Counted from the first letter of the stretch, positions 35,897-43,541 are shown. The stretch: DNA of 64,000 nt from a virus (IMGVR_UViG_3300035698_009402:51659-115658), one strand, 5' to 3'. Numbers and translations: made by a program. Notes: generated from the letters alone by a model not told the origin.

Positions 35897-36314
35897 TACA
35901 ATAGGGTTAGTTACTTTAGCTCATGACGGGCAGACTTATGACGGTAAAGGGTACGAATATCACTTAATTAAAGTGTATGAAAAATGTAAAGAATTATTCT
36001 TCGTAGATGATGAGTTAGCTAAAGCTTGTCTATTACACGATATTTTAGAAGATACATACTACAAAAGAGTAGATTTGTATAATCTTGGGTTTACTAACAG
36101 AACACTAGATATTATTGATCTAGTAACTAAAGATAAAGATTTAACTTATTACGATAACATTACTAGAATTATCCTTGCAGATAATAAAGAAGCAGCTATT
36201 GTAAAATATTGTGATAATTTAGTAAACTTAGATCATTCAGAAAAAATGAATCAAAAACTTAAAGATAGGTGGACTATTTCGGCTATTAGATTAAAGGATC
36301 ACTATAAATTATGA
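35880..36314 (+). CDS. HD-domain phosphohydrolase (RelA/SpoT-like (p)ppGpp hydrolase-type HD domain)
   Basis: LAHDGQTYDGKGYEYHLIKV ... LLHDILEDT = H..HD...D HD-domain metal-binding pattern. Confidence 0.5.
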   Translation: MLTIDDTIGLVTLAHDGQTYDGKGYEYHLIKVYEKCKELFFVDDELAKACLLHDILEDTYYKRVDLYNLGFTNRTLDIIDLVTKDKDLTYYDNITRIILADNKEAAIVKYCDNLVNLDHSEKMNQKLKDRWTISAIRLKDHYKL

Positions 36315-36523
36315 TAGTATATCTATCCTTAAGTTTTGTGGTAGCTTTTTGTTTAAGTATTTATTACCCCAAAAACATTGATAAAATTCGTAATAATCGT
36401 TTTACTTACTGGTCTATAATGCTAATACTAATATTAAGTATCCCAGGACTTTTAGTATTACTATTTTTTATATGTTTGGTCATAGGTATTAAACAATTTA
36501 TAAAACAAGTAAAAGAAAAGTAA
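36311..36523 (+). CDS. small membrane protein
   Basis: 70 aa with two hydrophobic helices. Confidence 0.35.
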   Translation: MIVYLSLSFVVAFCLSIYYPKNIDKIRNNRFTYWSIMLILILSIPGLLVLLFFICLVIGIKQFIKQVKEK

Positions 36524-36524
36524 A

Positions 36525-36602
36525 GCGTGAGTGGGCAAATTGGTAAAGTCACTGGTTTTAGACGCCAGGGTTCTGAGGGTTCGAGTCCCTCCTTACGCAC
36601 CA
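36525..36602 (+). tRNA. tRNA with anticodon UAG (Leu-decoding) but type-I body (6-nt variable loop)
   Basis: Acceptor GCGTGAG/CTTACGC + A + CCA; anticodon arm CTGGT-TTTAGAC-GCCAG; T-arm GAGGG-TTCGAGT-CCCTC. Confidence 0.55.
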
Positions 36603-36697
36603 ATATATGAAAAGATAGAAATATCCTTCCCAGATGATGGCGCCAAATAATATCTAAAAAAGATCGCTTATGTTTGTGATAGTGATTTTTCATATAA

Positions 36698-36783
36698 CCT
36701 AGTGTGGCGGAACGGCATACGCAGCAGACTTAAAATCTGTGGTCAGAGATGGCATAAGAGTTCGATTCTCTTCACTAGGACCA
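36698..36783 (+). tRNA. tRNA-Leu (anticodon UAA), type II
   Basis: Acceptor CCTAGTG/CACTAGG + A + CCA; anticodon arm GCAGA-CTTAAAA-TCTGT; 15-nt variable arm; T-arm AAGAG-TTCGATT-CTCTT; 86 nt. Confidence 0.7.
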
Positions 36784-36806
36784 ATTTTTAGGAAAGAAAA
36801 AACATA

Positions 36807-37106
36807 ATGATAACTTTATTTGTAATTTTCGCAGTACTAATAGTGGCTTGGATTGTTATAACTACCGGAGATTTATTATTTAATTCGTATAATGAAGTAT
36901 TAGATAATTTACTAGATTTAGATTTTAGACCTAGTTATATAGTAGAATATATTCTGTATTTTCCAGGTATTATTTTATTGTTAATTTTTTCCCTTATATA
37001 TGCATTAGCAAGGGGGGTAGTTTTTGTAATCGAAAAAGTTAGTAATTATTGTGAATCTAAGTTGAAAGAAGCAGATAACAAGTATTTAGAAAATAGAAAC
37101 AAGTAA
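36807..37106 (+). CDS. membrane protein
   Basis: 99 aa, two predicted TM helices. Confidence 0.4.
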   Translation: MITLFVIFAVLIVAWIVITTGDLLFNSYNEVLDNLLDLDFRPSYIVEYILYFPGIILLLIFSLIYALARGVVFVIEKVSNYCESKLKEADNKYLENRNK

Positions 37107-37109
37107 AAA

Positions 37110-37184
37110 GTCTTTGTAGCATTATGGTAATGCGTCCGCCTCTAAAACGGAAGAAAACGGGTTCAATTCCTGTCAAAGACACCA
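37110..37184 (+). tRNA. tRNA with anticodon loop CUCUAAA -> CUA (candidate amber suppressor); alternative fold has a 9-nt loop
   Basis: Acceptor GTCTTTG/CAAAGAC + A + CCA; D-arm GCAT/ATGC; anticodon stem TCCG/CGGA with a C-A closing mismatch; T-arm ACGGG-TTCAATT-CCTGT. Confidence 0.5.
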
Positions 37185-37293
37185 AATAAGGAGAGTAATT
37201 ATGGAATACGATATCTAGACTTATATACCGCCTTAACTAATTTATTATGTAATGGCTAAAAATATTAAATAAATTAGAAAAGGAAATTATATA

Positions 37294-37692
37294 ATGAGTT
37301 ATAAATTAAAAATAAAAGCAAAACATTTAGCTGAAGAAGCTAAAATAATTAAGCATGAAGAAAGAAAAACTAAACTTTATGCTAGAAAACTAAGAGAACT
37401 ACAAAAACCAGTAACTATATTAGAAAAGAAATTACAAGACTTACATTACCATAGAATATGGGATGTTAGACGAGAAGTAAGAGCTACTAATTTAGCTAGA
37501 GCATATATTTCAGGTAAAAATTACTCTCAAGTAGAAAGTAATAATCACTATCATGTGTGGAATACTACTGGAGTAAGTAATAAAGTTTACTACCAGCCAG
37601 ATATTCAGTTATTGAACAGAGTTCGTAATATGGTATCTAAATATAGTGAAAAAACTGATATAAAAGTTATTATAGACTGGTTACAAACTTAA
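37294..37692 (+). CDS. hypothetical basic protein
   Basis: 132 aa; followed by a GC-rich hairpin (37696-37716). Confidence 0.45.
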   Translation: MSYKLKIKAKHLAEEAKIIKHEERKTKLYARKLRELQKPVTILEKKLQDLHYHRIWDVRREVRATNLARAYISGKNYSQVESNNHYHVWNTTGVSNKVYYQPDIQLLNRVRNMVSKYSEKTDIKVIIDWLQT

Positions 37693-37695
37693 AAA

Positions 37696-37716
37696 GCGGG
37701 GAGTTTAACTCCCCGC
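37696..37716 (+). terminator. GC-rich hairpin (terminator or RNA-processing structure) between the CDS at 37294 and the tRNA at 37722
   Basis: GCGGGGAG-TTTAA-CTCCCCGC; no T-run on the plus strand (the A-run upstream would give a T-run on the minus strand). Confidence 0.3.
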
Positions 37717-37721
37717 TACAT

Positions 37722-37798
37722 GCCCAAGTAGGCCAATTGGCAGAGTCGCTAGATTCAAAACCTAGATGTTGCGGGTTCGAGTCCCGCTTTGGGTACCA
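37722..37798 (+). tRNA. tRNA (Trp-like D-arm); anticodon ambiguous: CAA with an A-C closing mismatch, or UCA-containing 9-nt loop
   Basis: Acceptor GCCCAAG/TTTGGGT + A + CCA; D-loop CAATTGGCAGAG like tRNA-Trp; anticodon stem CTAG/CTAG with loop ATTCAAAAC; T-arm GCGGG-TTCGAGT-CCCGC. Confidence 0.5.
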
Positions 37799-37949
37799 TT
37801 TTATAGAAAGAAAGTTAATGATTCAATTTTTAGCGGATAAGCATGTACAATTATTTATTGATCCTAAATCTCATAATATATTTGATTTAGCTAAATCTAT
37901 ACAGAAGTTGTCTTTTGAACAAACAAATGAATACTATATCACTTTATAT

Positions 37950-38025
37950 GCTCGCCTAGTGAAACTGTATATAACATGAGTCTACGAAACTCAAGATAGG
38001 GGTTCGATTCCTCTGGCGAGTACCA
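37950..38025 (+). tRNA. tRNA-Arg (anticodon ACG)
   Basis: Acceptor GCTCGCC/GGCGAGT + A + CCA; perfect anticodon arm TGAGT-CTACGAA-ACTCA; T-loop TTCGATT. Confidence 0.7.
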
Positions 38026-38102
38026 TTTTATAAAAAATCAGAGATTGCTTAAAACCCAAAAATCAATTATTATAACTTTAATGAAATTAAATAAGGAATG
38101 AA

Positions 38103-38429
38103 TTGTTGGAATTTATTGTCGCGTTAGATGTTAATTCGATTGATAATGTTAAATTTAGAGAATGGATAACTACTATAGTACAGGAAGATCCTTGTTCTAA
38201 CAATTCTCTTATAACAATTTGGGCAGAGCAGTTAAAAGATTTATTCCCTAATGATAAAGATGTAGATCAAAAAATCGACTTATTTTACGATAATAATTAC
38301 AATATTAATTTTTTGAGAATTATTGATCCAGAACATGAAATCTTACAAGGATTTTGTGATGCTTTAGAAATTCTTAATAAAATTAAAATTAAACCTAACG
38401 ATACTTTAACTATATATTATTGGTGGTAA
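38103..38429 (+). CDS. hypothetical protein
   Basis: 108 aa (TTG start in the ORF track). Confidence 0.35.
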   Translation: MLEFIVALDVNSIDNVKFREWITTIVQEDPCSNNSLITIWAEQLKDLFPNDKDVDQKIDLFYDNNYNINFLRIIDPEHEILQGFCDALEILNKIKIKPNDTLTIYYWW

Positions 38430-38677
38430 TGATGATTAAAGTTCAAAAGTTTGTAGACGTTCAAGATATTGAAAACACAATGCTGCACGATTTAATTATG
38501 CAGAAATTAATGGTAGATTACGAACTTAACCAAAATAGTTTAATGTTGTTAACTTTATCCAACTTAGAATTTCATAGTGATAAAACAGAAACTTTTACAA
38601 AGTGTTTATCATATTTTAAACAGTTATGTAAATTATGCGATGAAACAGAAGAATGTTATATTCATGTATGGTGGTAG
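38420..38677 (+). CDS. hypothetical protein
   Basis: 85 aa ORF; overlapping start. Confidence 0.4.
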   Translation: MVVMMIKVQKFVDVQDIENTMLHDLIMQKLMVDYELNQNSLMLLTLSNLEFHSDKTETFTKCLSYFKQLCKLCDETEECYIHVWW

Positions 38678-38684
38678 AATCAAT

Positions 38685-38760
38685 GCCAAATTAGTGTTAA
38701 CGGTTAGCACAACTGTTTTGTAATCAGTAAGTGGGGGTTCGACTCCTCTATTCGGCACCA
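38685..38760 (+). tRNA. tRNA-Thr (anticodon UGU)
   Basis: Acceptor GCCAAAT/ATTCGGC + A + CCA; D-arm GTGT/GCAC; anticodon loop TTTGTAA; T-arm GGGGG-TTCGACT-CCTCT. Confidence 0.65.
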
Positions 38761-38773
38761 ATAAAGAGGTAAT

Positions 38774-39049
38774 ATGGTACATCCAAGAGTTTGGGCATTT
38801 TTAATGCTAATAGCTATCACATTAATCATTGTAGCTCCAGTTAAAAGCGCACAACCAGATATTTACAAATTAAAACAGTTTATTAACTATTGCAGCTATC
38901 AAGCAAGTGTAAGAGTACTAAACGCTAAAACTATAGAAAGATGCGATACTGCTTCGGAAACATTAAAGTCTATGTTAGGAAGTATTCATAATTGTAAGAG
39001 AAATAGAAACTGCAATTATGATAAGTACAGAGAATTTATGAATAAATGA
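38774..39049 (+). CDS. secreted Cys-rich small protein
   Basis: Signal peptide MVHPRVWAFLMLIAITLIIVAPVKSA; 6 Cys. Confidence 0.4.
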   Translation: MVHPRVWAFLMLIAITLIIVAPVKSAQPDIYKLKQFINYCSYQASVRVLNAKTIERCDTASETLKSMLGSIHNCKRNRNCNYDKYREFMNK

Positions 39050-39486
39050 ATCAATTAGAAGATGCAGTAGATCTTGTACTGTTCCATACTCAAGGTAAAA
39101 GACAAGGTAAAGGTAAATTTTGTAGTCATATGGGCTTATATATCTACCGTACTTTATTAGAAAAGTATAAAACTTTACCAGACTCCATTTCTAATGCTTG
39201 TATATTAGTAAATTTTTACAACGATACAGATAAACCTAAAGGTATATTTTTAGCTAGACAAGGGTTTAGTTTAAAAACTGAATTTTTAGTAAGTATGTTG
39301 CACCGTAATGAAGATGAAATTTTAGAGACTAGATACATAAACAGAGTAATTAAATTACACGACATTTGGGCTTGTCGTATTCTGTGGGCTAAATACTTGT
39401 ATCTAAAAAATAAATATAGTATAGTAAAACCAGATTTATCTGAAAAATATAGTAATCACCACATTAGTTTATTAAGTCAGATATAA
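39046..39486 (+). CDS. hypothetical protein
   Basis: 146 aa; ATGA overlap. Confidence 0.45.
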   Translation: MNQLEDAVDLVLFHTQGKRQGKGKFCSHMGLYIYRTLLEKYKTLPDSISNACILVNFYNDTDKPKGIFLARQGFSLKTEFLVSMLHRNEDEILETRYINRVIKLHDIWACRILWAKYLYLKNKYSIVKPDLSEKYSNHHISLLSQI

Positions 39487-39492
39487 AAATAT

Positions 39493-39586
39493 GCTCCTAT
39501 AGTTTAAAAGTAAAACAGCAAGCTTATACCTTGTATTAGCGGTAGATGACCGCATGATGTTGGTTCAAATCCAGCTGGGAGTACCA
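39493..39586 (+). tRNA. unusually long (94 nt) tRNA; anticodon arm GCAAG-CUUAUAC-CUUGU gives UAU (Ile/AUA?) with a 24-nt variable region containing hairpin GCGG-UAGAUGA-CCGC
   Basis: Acceptor GCTCCTA/TGGGAGT + A + CCA; D-arm GTTT-AAAAGTA-AAAC; T-arm GTTGG-TTCAAAT-CCAGC. Confidence 0.4.
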
Positions 39587-39593
39587 AATTTAC

Positions 39594-39671
39594 GGTCTAG
39601 TATCATAATTGGAGTAATGAATTTCCCTGTCACGGAAAGGTATGTGGGTTCAAGTCCCATCTAGATCGCCA
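39594..39671 (+). tRNA. tRNA-Asp (anticodon GUC)
   Basis: Acceptor GGTCTAG/CTAGATC + G + CCA; anticodon arm TTTCC-CTGTCAC-GGAAA; T-arm GTGGG-TTCAAGT-CCCAT. Confidence 0.75.
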
Positions 39672-39685
39672 TATAGAGAGAAGCT

Positions 39686-39904
39686 ATGATTATTTATGAT
39701 TTCGATGAATTACCTGAGTTTGCTAAACAAGCGGTAGAGAAAAGATTTAGTATACCTGAAGAAGGAATTTATCTACAAAGAAATTGTGAATATGAATGGT
39801 TTATAGAATATCCCTGCATGTTTGATATAGAATTAGATATGAACGATTGGATATTAGAAGATAATGAAGATGATTACTTAATATCTGTAATCATAGATAC
39901 TTAA
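39686..39904 (+). CDS. hypothetical acidic protein
   Basis: 72 aa between tRNA-Asp and tRNA-Arg. Confidence 0.4.
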   Translation: MIIYDFDELPEFAKQAVEKRFSIPEEGIYLQRNCEYEWFIEYPCMFDIELDMNDWILEDNEDDYLISVIIDT

Positions 39905-39981
39905 CGGTTTCGTAGCATAACTGGATAATGCCTCTGGCTTCTAACCAGACGATTGAGGGTTCGAATCCTTCCGAAACCACC
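39905..39981 (+). tRNA. tRNA-Arg (anticodon UCU)
   Basis: Acceptor GGTTTCG/CGAAACC + A + CCA; anticodon arm TCTGG-CTTCTAA-CCAGA; T-arm GAGGG-TTCGAAT-CCTTC. Confidence 0.75.
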
Positions 39982-40235
39982 AATATAGGAAAAAAGAAAA
40001 TGGAATTATTAGCTATAATTGCGGCAGCCGTATTTGTCGTTTCTATCACCTCTTTTATTTCTTATAATATATAATGATAAACTGTTTCTTATATAAAACA
40101 GTAGCAAAACAACATTATTTAATAGCAAAGTTTGATAAAATAACTCCTAATCATTACCATAAGATTTTATTTGTAGTGAAAAAAGAAAACAAATACGGAA
40201 AAGATTGTTATTATTTAACAAATAACAAATTATAA

Positions 40236-40309
40236 GTTGGTCTAGTGTAATGGCAACACGACTGCTTCCAAACCAGTAGATGTGGGTTCGATTCCTACGA
40301 CCTTCGCCA
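40236..40309 (+). tRNA. tRNA-Trp (anticodon CCA)
   Basis: Anticodon arm ACTGC-TTCCAAA-CCAGT like E. coli tRNA-Trp; T-arm GTGGG-TTCGATT-CCTAC; G + CCA; acceptor has two U-U mismatches. Confidence 0.6.
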
Positions 40310-40325
40310 ACAAGAAAGGGCTAAA

Positions 40326-40475
40326 ATGGATTATTATATTTACAGGAAACAAGATGGAAAATTAGTTTCATTTATTGAACGTAAGAATAAATCTAAAAAA
40401 GAATATATAGCTTTAAGGGAAAAACTAAGAGACAATGAAGAAGATTTTTATTTCTTCACTAAAGGAATTTAAGGG
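40326..40475 (+). CDS. small hypothetical protein (49 aa)
   Basis: ATG 40326 with an AAGGG RBS after tRNA-Trp. Confidence 0.3.
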
Positions 40476-40517
40476 TTTGTTGTGGGTTGTTTTATATAAA
40501 CCAATCCTCATTATTTT

Positions 40518-41177
40518 ATGACATATAGATTATTAGATTTATTTTCAGGACCAGGAGGTTCGGCAGTAGGATATAATAATGCAGGATTTTCTGAAATAGT
40601 GGGAGTAGACACAGAAAATATATCTAAATATCCTTTTGAGTTTATTAATAAGGACGTATTTTGCTTAGATATAGATTTTATGAAATCTTTCGATTTTATA
40701 CACGCTAGCCCACCTTGCCAAGCATATAGTAGCGGAAGTATATCGGCTAGAAAAAAGGGAAAAGAATATCCAGATTTAGTAGCGCCTACCAGAGAATTAT
40801 TAAACAGTTTAAATATTCCTTATATTATAGAAAATGTACCTAATGCTCCTTTAATTAACCCCACGGTATTGTGTGGAACTCAATTTGATTTACGAGTTTT
40901 TAGGCATAGATTGTTTGAAAGTAACATAAGAATTTATGGCAAGGGGAAATGCAGTCATAAAGGGCTAAAAGTTAGTTACAGGGAAAACGATGGCGGTAAT
41001 ATGTTTGGAGTTGCTGGCCATCAGTACGGTAATAAAGAACAATGGAATCAAGCTATGGGCGGACAATTATCTTTTATTGCTAGTAAAAGATTAATGGCTC
41101 AGGTAATACCTCCTGCATATACCGAATTTTTAGGTATGCAGGTTATTAAGTATTTGGAGAGTAAACCTGTAGGGTGA
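40518..41177 (+). CDS. DNA (cytosine-5)-methyltransferase (compact)
   Basis: Motif I LDLFSGPGG, motif IV PPCQAYS (PCQ catalytic Cys), motif VI ENV (YIIENVPN); 3' end overlaps tRNA-Ser(GGA) by ~22 nt. Confidence 0.6.
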   Translation: MTYRLLDLFSGPGGSAVGYNNAGFSEIVGVDTENISKYPFEFINKDVFCLDIDFMKSFDFIHASPPCQAYSSGSISARKKGKEYPDLVAPTRELLNSLNIPYIIENVPNAPLINPTVLCGTQFDLRVFRHRLFESNIRIYGKGKCSHKGLKVSYRENDGGNMFGVAGHQYGNKEQWNQAMGGQLSFIASKRLMAQVIPPAYTEFLGMQVIKYLESKPVG

Positions 41178-41242
41178 CAGGCGCGTCTTGGAAAGGCGTA
41201 GGGCGTTAAGTCGCTGGGGATCGAGACCTCTGCTCTCCGCCA
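41156..41242 (+). tRNA. tRNA-Ser (anticodon GGA), type II, unusual T-loop AUCGAGA
   Basis: Same acceptor (GGAGAGU/GCUCUCC) and T-arm as tRNA-Ser at 22711; anticodon arm GCGTC-TTGGAAA-GGCGT; 5' end overlaps the methyltransferase stop. Confidence 0.6.
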
Positions 41243-41247
41243 ATAAC

Positions 41248-41322
41248 GCTTTTGTAGTATAATGGATATTACACGGTCTTGGTAAGACTGAAATCAGAGT
41301 TCGATTCTCTGCTGGAGCACCA
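41248..41322 (+). tRNA. tRNA-Thr (anticodon GGU)
   Basis: Anticodon arm CGGTC-TTGGTAA-GACTG; T-arm CAGAG-TTCGATT-CTCTG; acceptor GCTTTTG/CTGGAGC + A + CCA. Confidence 0.65.
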
Positions 41323-41342
41323 TTTAAAAGAAAGGCTAAAAA

Positions 41343-41612
41343 ATGTCTATTATGTACTTAGAACAAGAGATACTCATATTTTCTAATATTCTAGAAGATA
41401 TACAGTTGATTGAAGATAAAGAAGATGCTAAAGCAGTTAATAGAATTTATCGGAAGAGATTTGATAATTTATGGACAATATTTAATTCTCACTGTGGTGA
41501 AATGAATAATTTAAGAAAAGCTAATGAAATATTAATAGATGAAATAACTAAAGAAAAGTTAAAAGTTACAGAACAAGAATTGTGGGTAGACCCACTAAAT
41601 AAAATAGAATAG
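41343..41612 (+). CDS. hypothetical protein
   Basis: 89 aa ORF. Confidence 0.4.
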   Translation: MSIMYLEQEILIFSNILEDIQLIEDKEDAKAVNRIYRKRFDNLWTIFNSHCGEMNNLRKANEILIDEITKEKLKVTEQELWVDPLNKIE

Positions 41613-41777
41613 TTACCGTATTAGGAAGTAGCGTCAACTGCTCCTATGTAGTTCTAGAAACTAAAGTTTGACGACTTGAAAGCACACAGGACTCATACTC
41701 CTGCAGAGAGGAAGGTAGTTTCCCCTCACCTGCTGTAAAGCGGGGAAGTGTAACTGAGCAAGGTAATAACTAAATTA

Positions 41778-41853
41778 GGGGGCAGGGCATGTGTACCCGG
41801 AGGTTCCTTGCAAGAACCTAGCCTGGAGGGTTAGAGTCCCTCTGTCTCCACCA
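41778..41853 (+). tRNA. tRNA-Ala (anticodon UGC) with G3-U70
   Basis: Acceptor GGGGGCA/TGTCTCC (G3-U70 identity pair) + A + CCA; anticodon arm GGTTC-CTTGCAA-GAACC; T-arm GAGGG-TTAGAGT-CCCTC. Confidence 0.7.
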
Positions 41854-41859
41854 TATTAA

Positions 41860-41934
41860 TGAAGGATCTTCTAACGGTAGGAAACCTGGCCTTGAACCAG
41901 GATAATGTGGGTTCGAATCCTACTCCTTCATCCA
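41860..41934 (+). tRNA. tRNA-Gln (anticodon UUG), U1-A72
   Basis: Acceptor TGAAGGA/TCCTTCA + T + CCA; anticodon arm CCTGG-CCTTGAA-CCAGG; T-arm GTGGG-TTCGAAT-CCTAC. Confidence 0.6.
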
Positions 41935-41940
41935 ATTAGC

Positions 41941-42014
41941 TGCTCTGTAGTGTAATGGTAGCACGCAATACTCTGAATGTTGTAATTCTGGTTCGATCCC
42001 AGAGAGAGCATCCA
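41941..42014 (+). tRNA. tRNA-Gln (anticodon CUG), U1
   Basis: Acceptor TGCTCTG/GAGAGCA + T + CCA; D-arm GTGT/GCAC; anticodon arm CAATA-CTCTGAA-TGTTG; T-arm TCTGG-TTCGATC-CCAGA. Confidence 0.65.
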
Positions 42015-42224
42015 ATTAGGTAATTAAATATTACCAAAGGAGAACATGGCCAAACGATATATACCCTCTCAAGTTAAGTTAACTAATACTTTAACGTATG
42101 ACCATCAAACTAGTCATGAAGGTAAGTTCTTCTTTATTAGTAGTAAATGGGATAGCATAGCTAATTCTCACGGCATAACTGCTGGAGATTTAAATTTAGT
42201 AATAACATACTATAATATAAATTA

Positions 42225-42782
42225 ATGATAATCAATATTGTAATATGGTCAATACTTACTTTAGTACCTTTAATACCTACTATAATTCTTTTTAAAATGT
42301 TTGAGAGTAGTGCTAGTTTTCAAGATATGAAAAAAGGCATCAAATTAGGTGGAGCGGCTGCTGCTTATTTTATATTAGTAGGTTTTGCGTTCACTAGTTG
42401 GTATGGGCTACAAGAACCTATAATAGATCAACAATCCATTATAAAAGAAGATTTATCAGGTATTTGGACTTGTGAGTATACTTTTAAGATAAAAGAAGAA
42501 TTAGTAACAGGTACTGGTACTATGTATATTTTATTGGATGAAAATAATAATATAGTAATTCACGGTCAAGATAGCAGTGGAATTAATTGGGAATCTAGTC
42601 AAGTATTATTAAACTCTAACAAGATGATTTTTATATTCAATAGTAATTTAACTAACAATTTAGGAATTACTTGGATAAATTTTGTAGTTAAAGAAGATAA
42701 AATAACTGATTTCATAGGTAATTGGGTTATTGTTAGTGATAATAATTTAAAAGGAAGTATAGTCTGCCATAGTTCCTTATAA
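42225..42782 (+). CDS. membrane-anchored hypothetical protein
   Basis: Two N-terminal TM helices then a beta-rich domain. Confidence 0.45.
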   Translation: MIINIVIWSILTLVPLIPTIILFKMFESSASFQDMKKGIKLGGAAAAYFILVGFAFTSWYGLQEPIIDQQSIIKEDLSGIWTCEYTFKIKEELVTGTGTMYILLDENNNIVIHGQDSSGINWESSQVLLNSNKMIFIFNSNLTNNLGITWINFVVKEDKITDFIGNWVIVSDNNLKGSIVCHSSL

Positions 42783-42783
42783 T

Positions 42784-42857
42784 GCGGGTATAGCGTAAAG
42801 ATAACGTGATTGGTTGCCAGCCAGTAGTTCTGAGTTTGAGTCTCAGTGTCCGCGCCA
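42784..42857 (+). tRNA. tRNA-Gly (anticodon GCC); its 3' 18 nt are part of the 109-bp direct repeat
   Basis: Acceptor GCGGGTA/TGTCCGC + G + CCA; anticodon arm ATTGG-TTGCCAG-CCAGT; T-arm CTGAG-TTTGAGT-CTCAG. Confidence 0.75.
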
Positions 42858-42948
42858 TTTGAGTAAAAGTAAAAAAAAATAAAGATTGCTATAAAGGGTT
42901 AATTATAGTATTATATCTTTAGAAATTAAAAAAAGGAAGAAATTTTTG
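42840..42948 (+). repeat. 109-bp direct repeat, copy 1 (includes the 3' 18 nt of tRNA-Gly-GCC)
   Basis: GTCTCAGTGTCCGCGCCATTTGAGTAAAAGTAAAAAAAAATAAAGATTGCTATAAAGGGTTAATTATAGTATTATATCTTTAGAAATTAAAAAAAGGAAGAAATTTTTG; identical to 43542-43650 by eye. Confidence 0.7.
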
Positions 42949-43019
42949 GGACCTATATACGTAGCTAGCCATGTAGCAATTTGTGCTTAGGGCGCGTATA
43001 TAGTGGGTAGGAGGCTAAA

Positions 43020-43490
43020 ATGTCAGCGCAAACGGTTGCCGACGATATTCTGAAAATCGCAAAGCGGCGTGGGATGAAATTGACACCCATGCAACTGATG
43101 AAGCTCGTCTACATATCTTACGGTTGGTATCTCGCGATGCACAACGCAAAGCTGTTCAATGATCGCATTGAAGCTTGGAAGTATGGCCCCGTGATTCCAA
43201 ATCTTTATCAAGCAACTAAACGGTTTGGAAAAAATGAAATCCCCTCGGAGATGGTCGCGGATAGCCCTATCAACAACCAGAGCATGGAGCCATTTTACGA
43301 AAGTATCGTTGAGAATTACGGGAAATATTCTGGGATTGCCCTTTCAAACCTGACACACAGGCAAGGGACACCTTGGCATAAAGTATTCCAGCCCCCCGTG
43401 ATGGGTATTGAGATTCCTGACCCATTAATCCTTGAACATTATCAGCAGGGCCTCGATGCAAGACAAGCCACCACCACCGCCACCATCTGA
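43020..43490 (+). CDS. Panacea-domain (DUF4065, GepA/SocA-like) protein in a GC-rich insertion
   Basis: DILKIAKRRGMKLTPMQLMKLVYISYGWYLAMHNAKLFNDRIEAWKYGPVIPNLY matches DUF4065 (KLQKLLYyaqgw...LF.e.ieAWk.GPVvp.vY); GC ~50% vs ~30% around it. Confidence 0.5.
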   Translation: MSAQTVADDILKIAKRRGMKLTPMQLMKLVYISYGWYLAMHNAKLFNDRIEAWKYGPVIPNLYQATKRFGKNEIPSEMVADSPINNQSMEPFYESIVENYGKYSGIALSNLTHRQGTPWHKVFQPPVMGIEIPDPLILEHYQQGLDARQATTTATI

Positions 43491-43541
43491 ATGGGCCGAG
43501 GGCGAAGAGTGGAAACAGGATGCCGAAGCCAAGGCTGAAAG

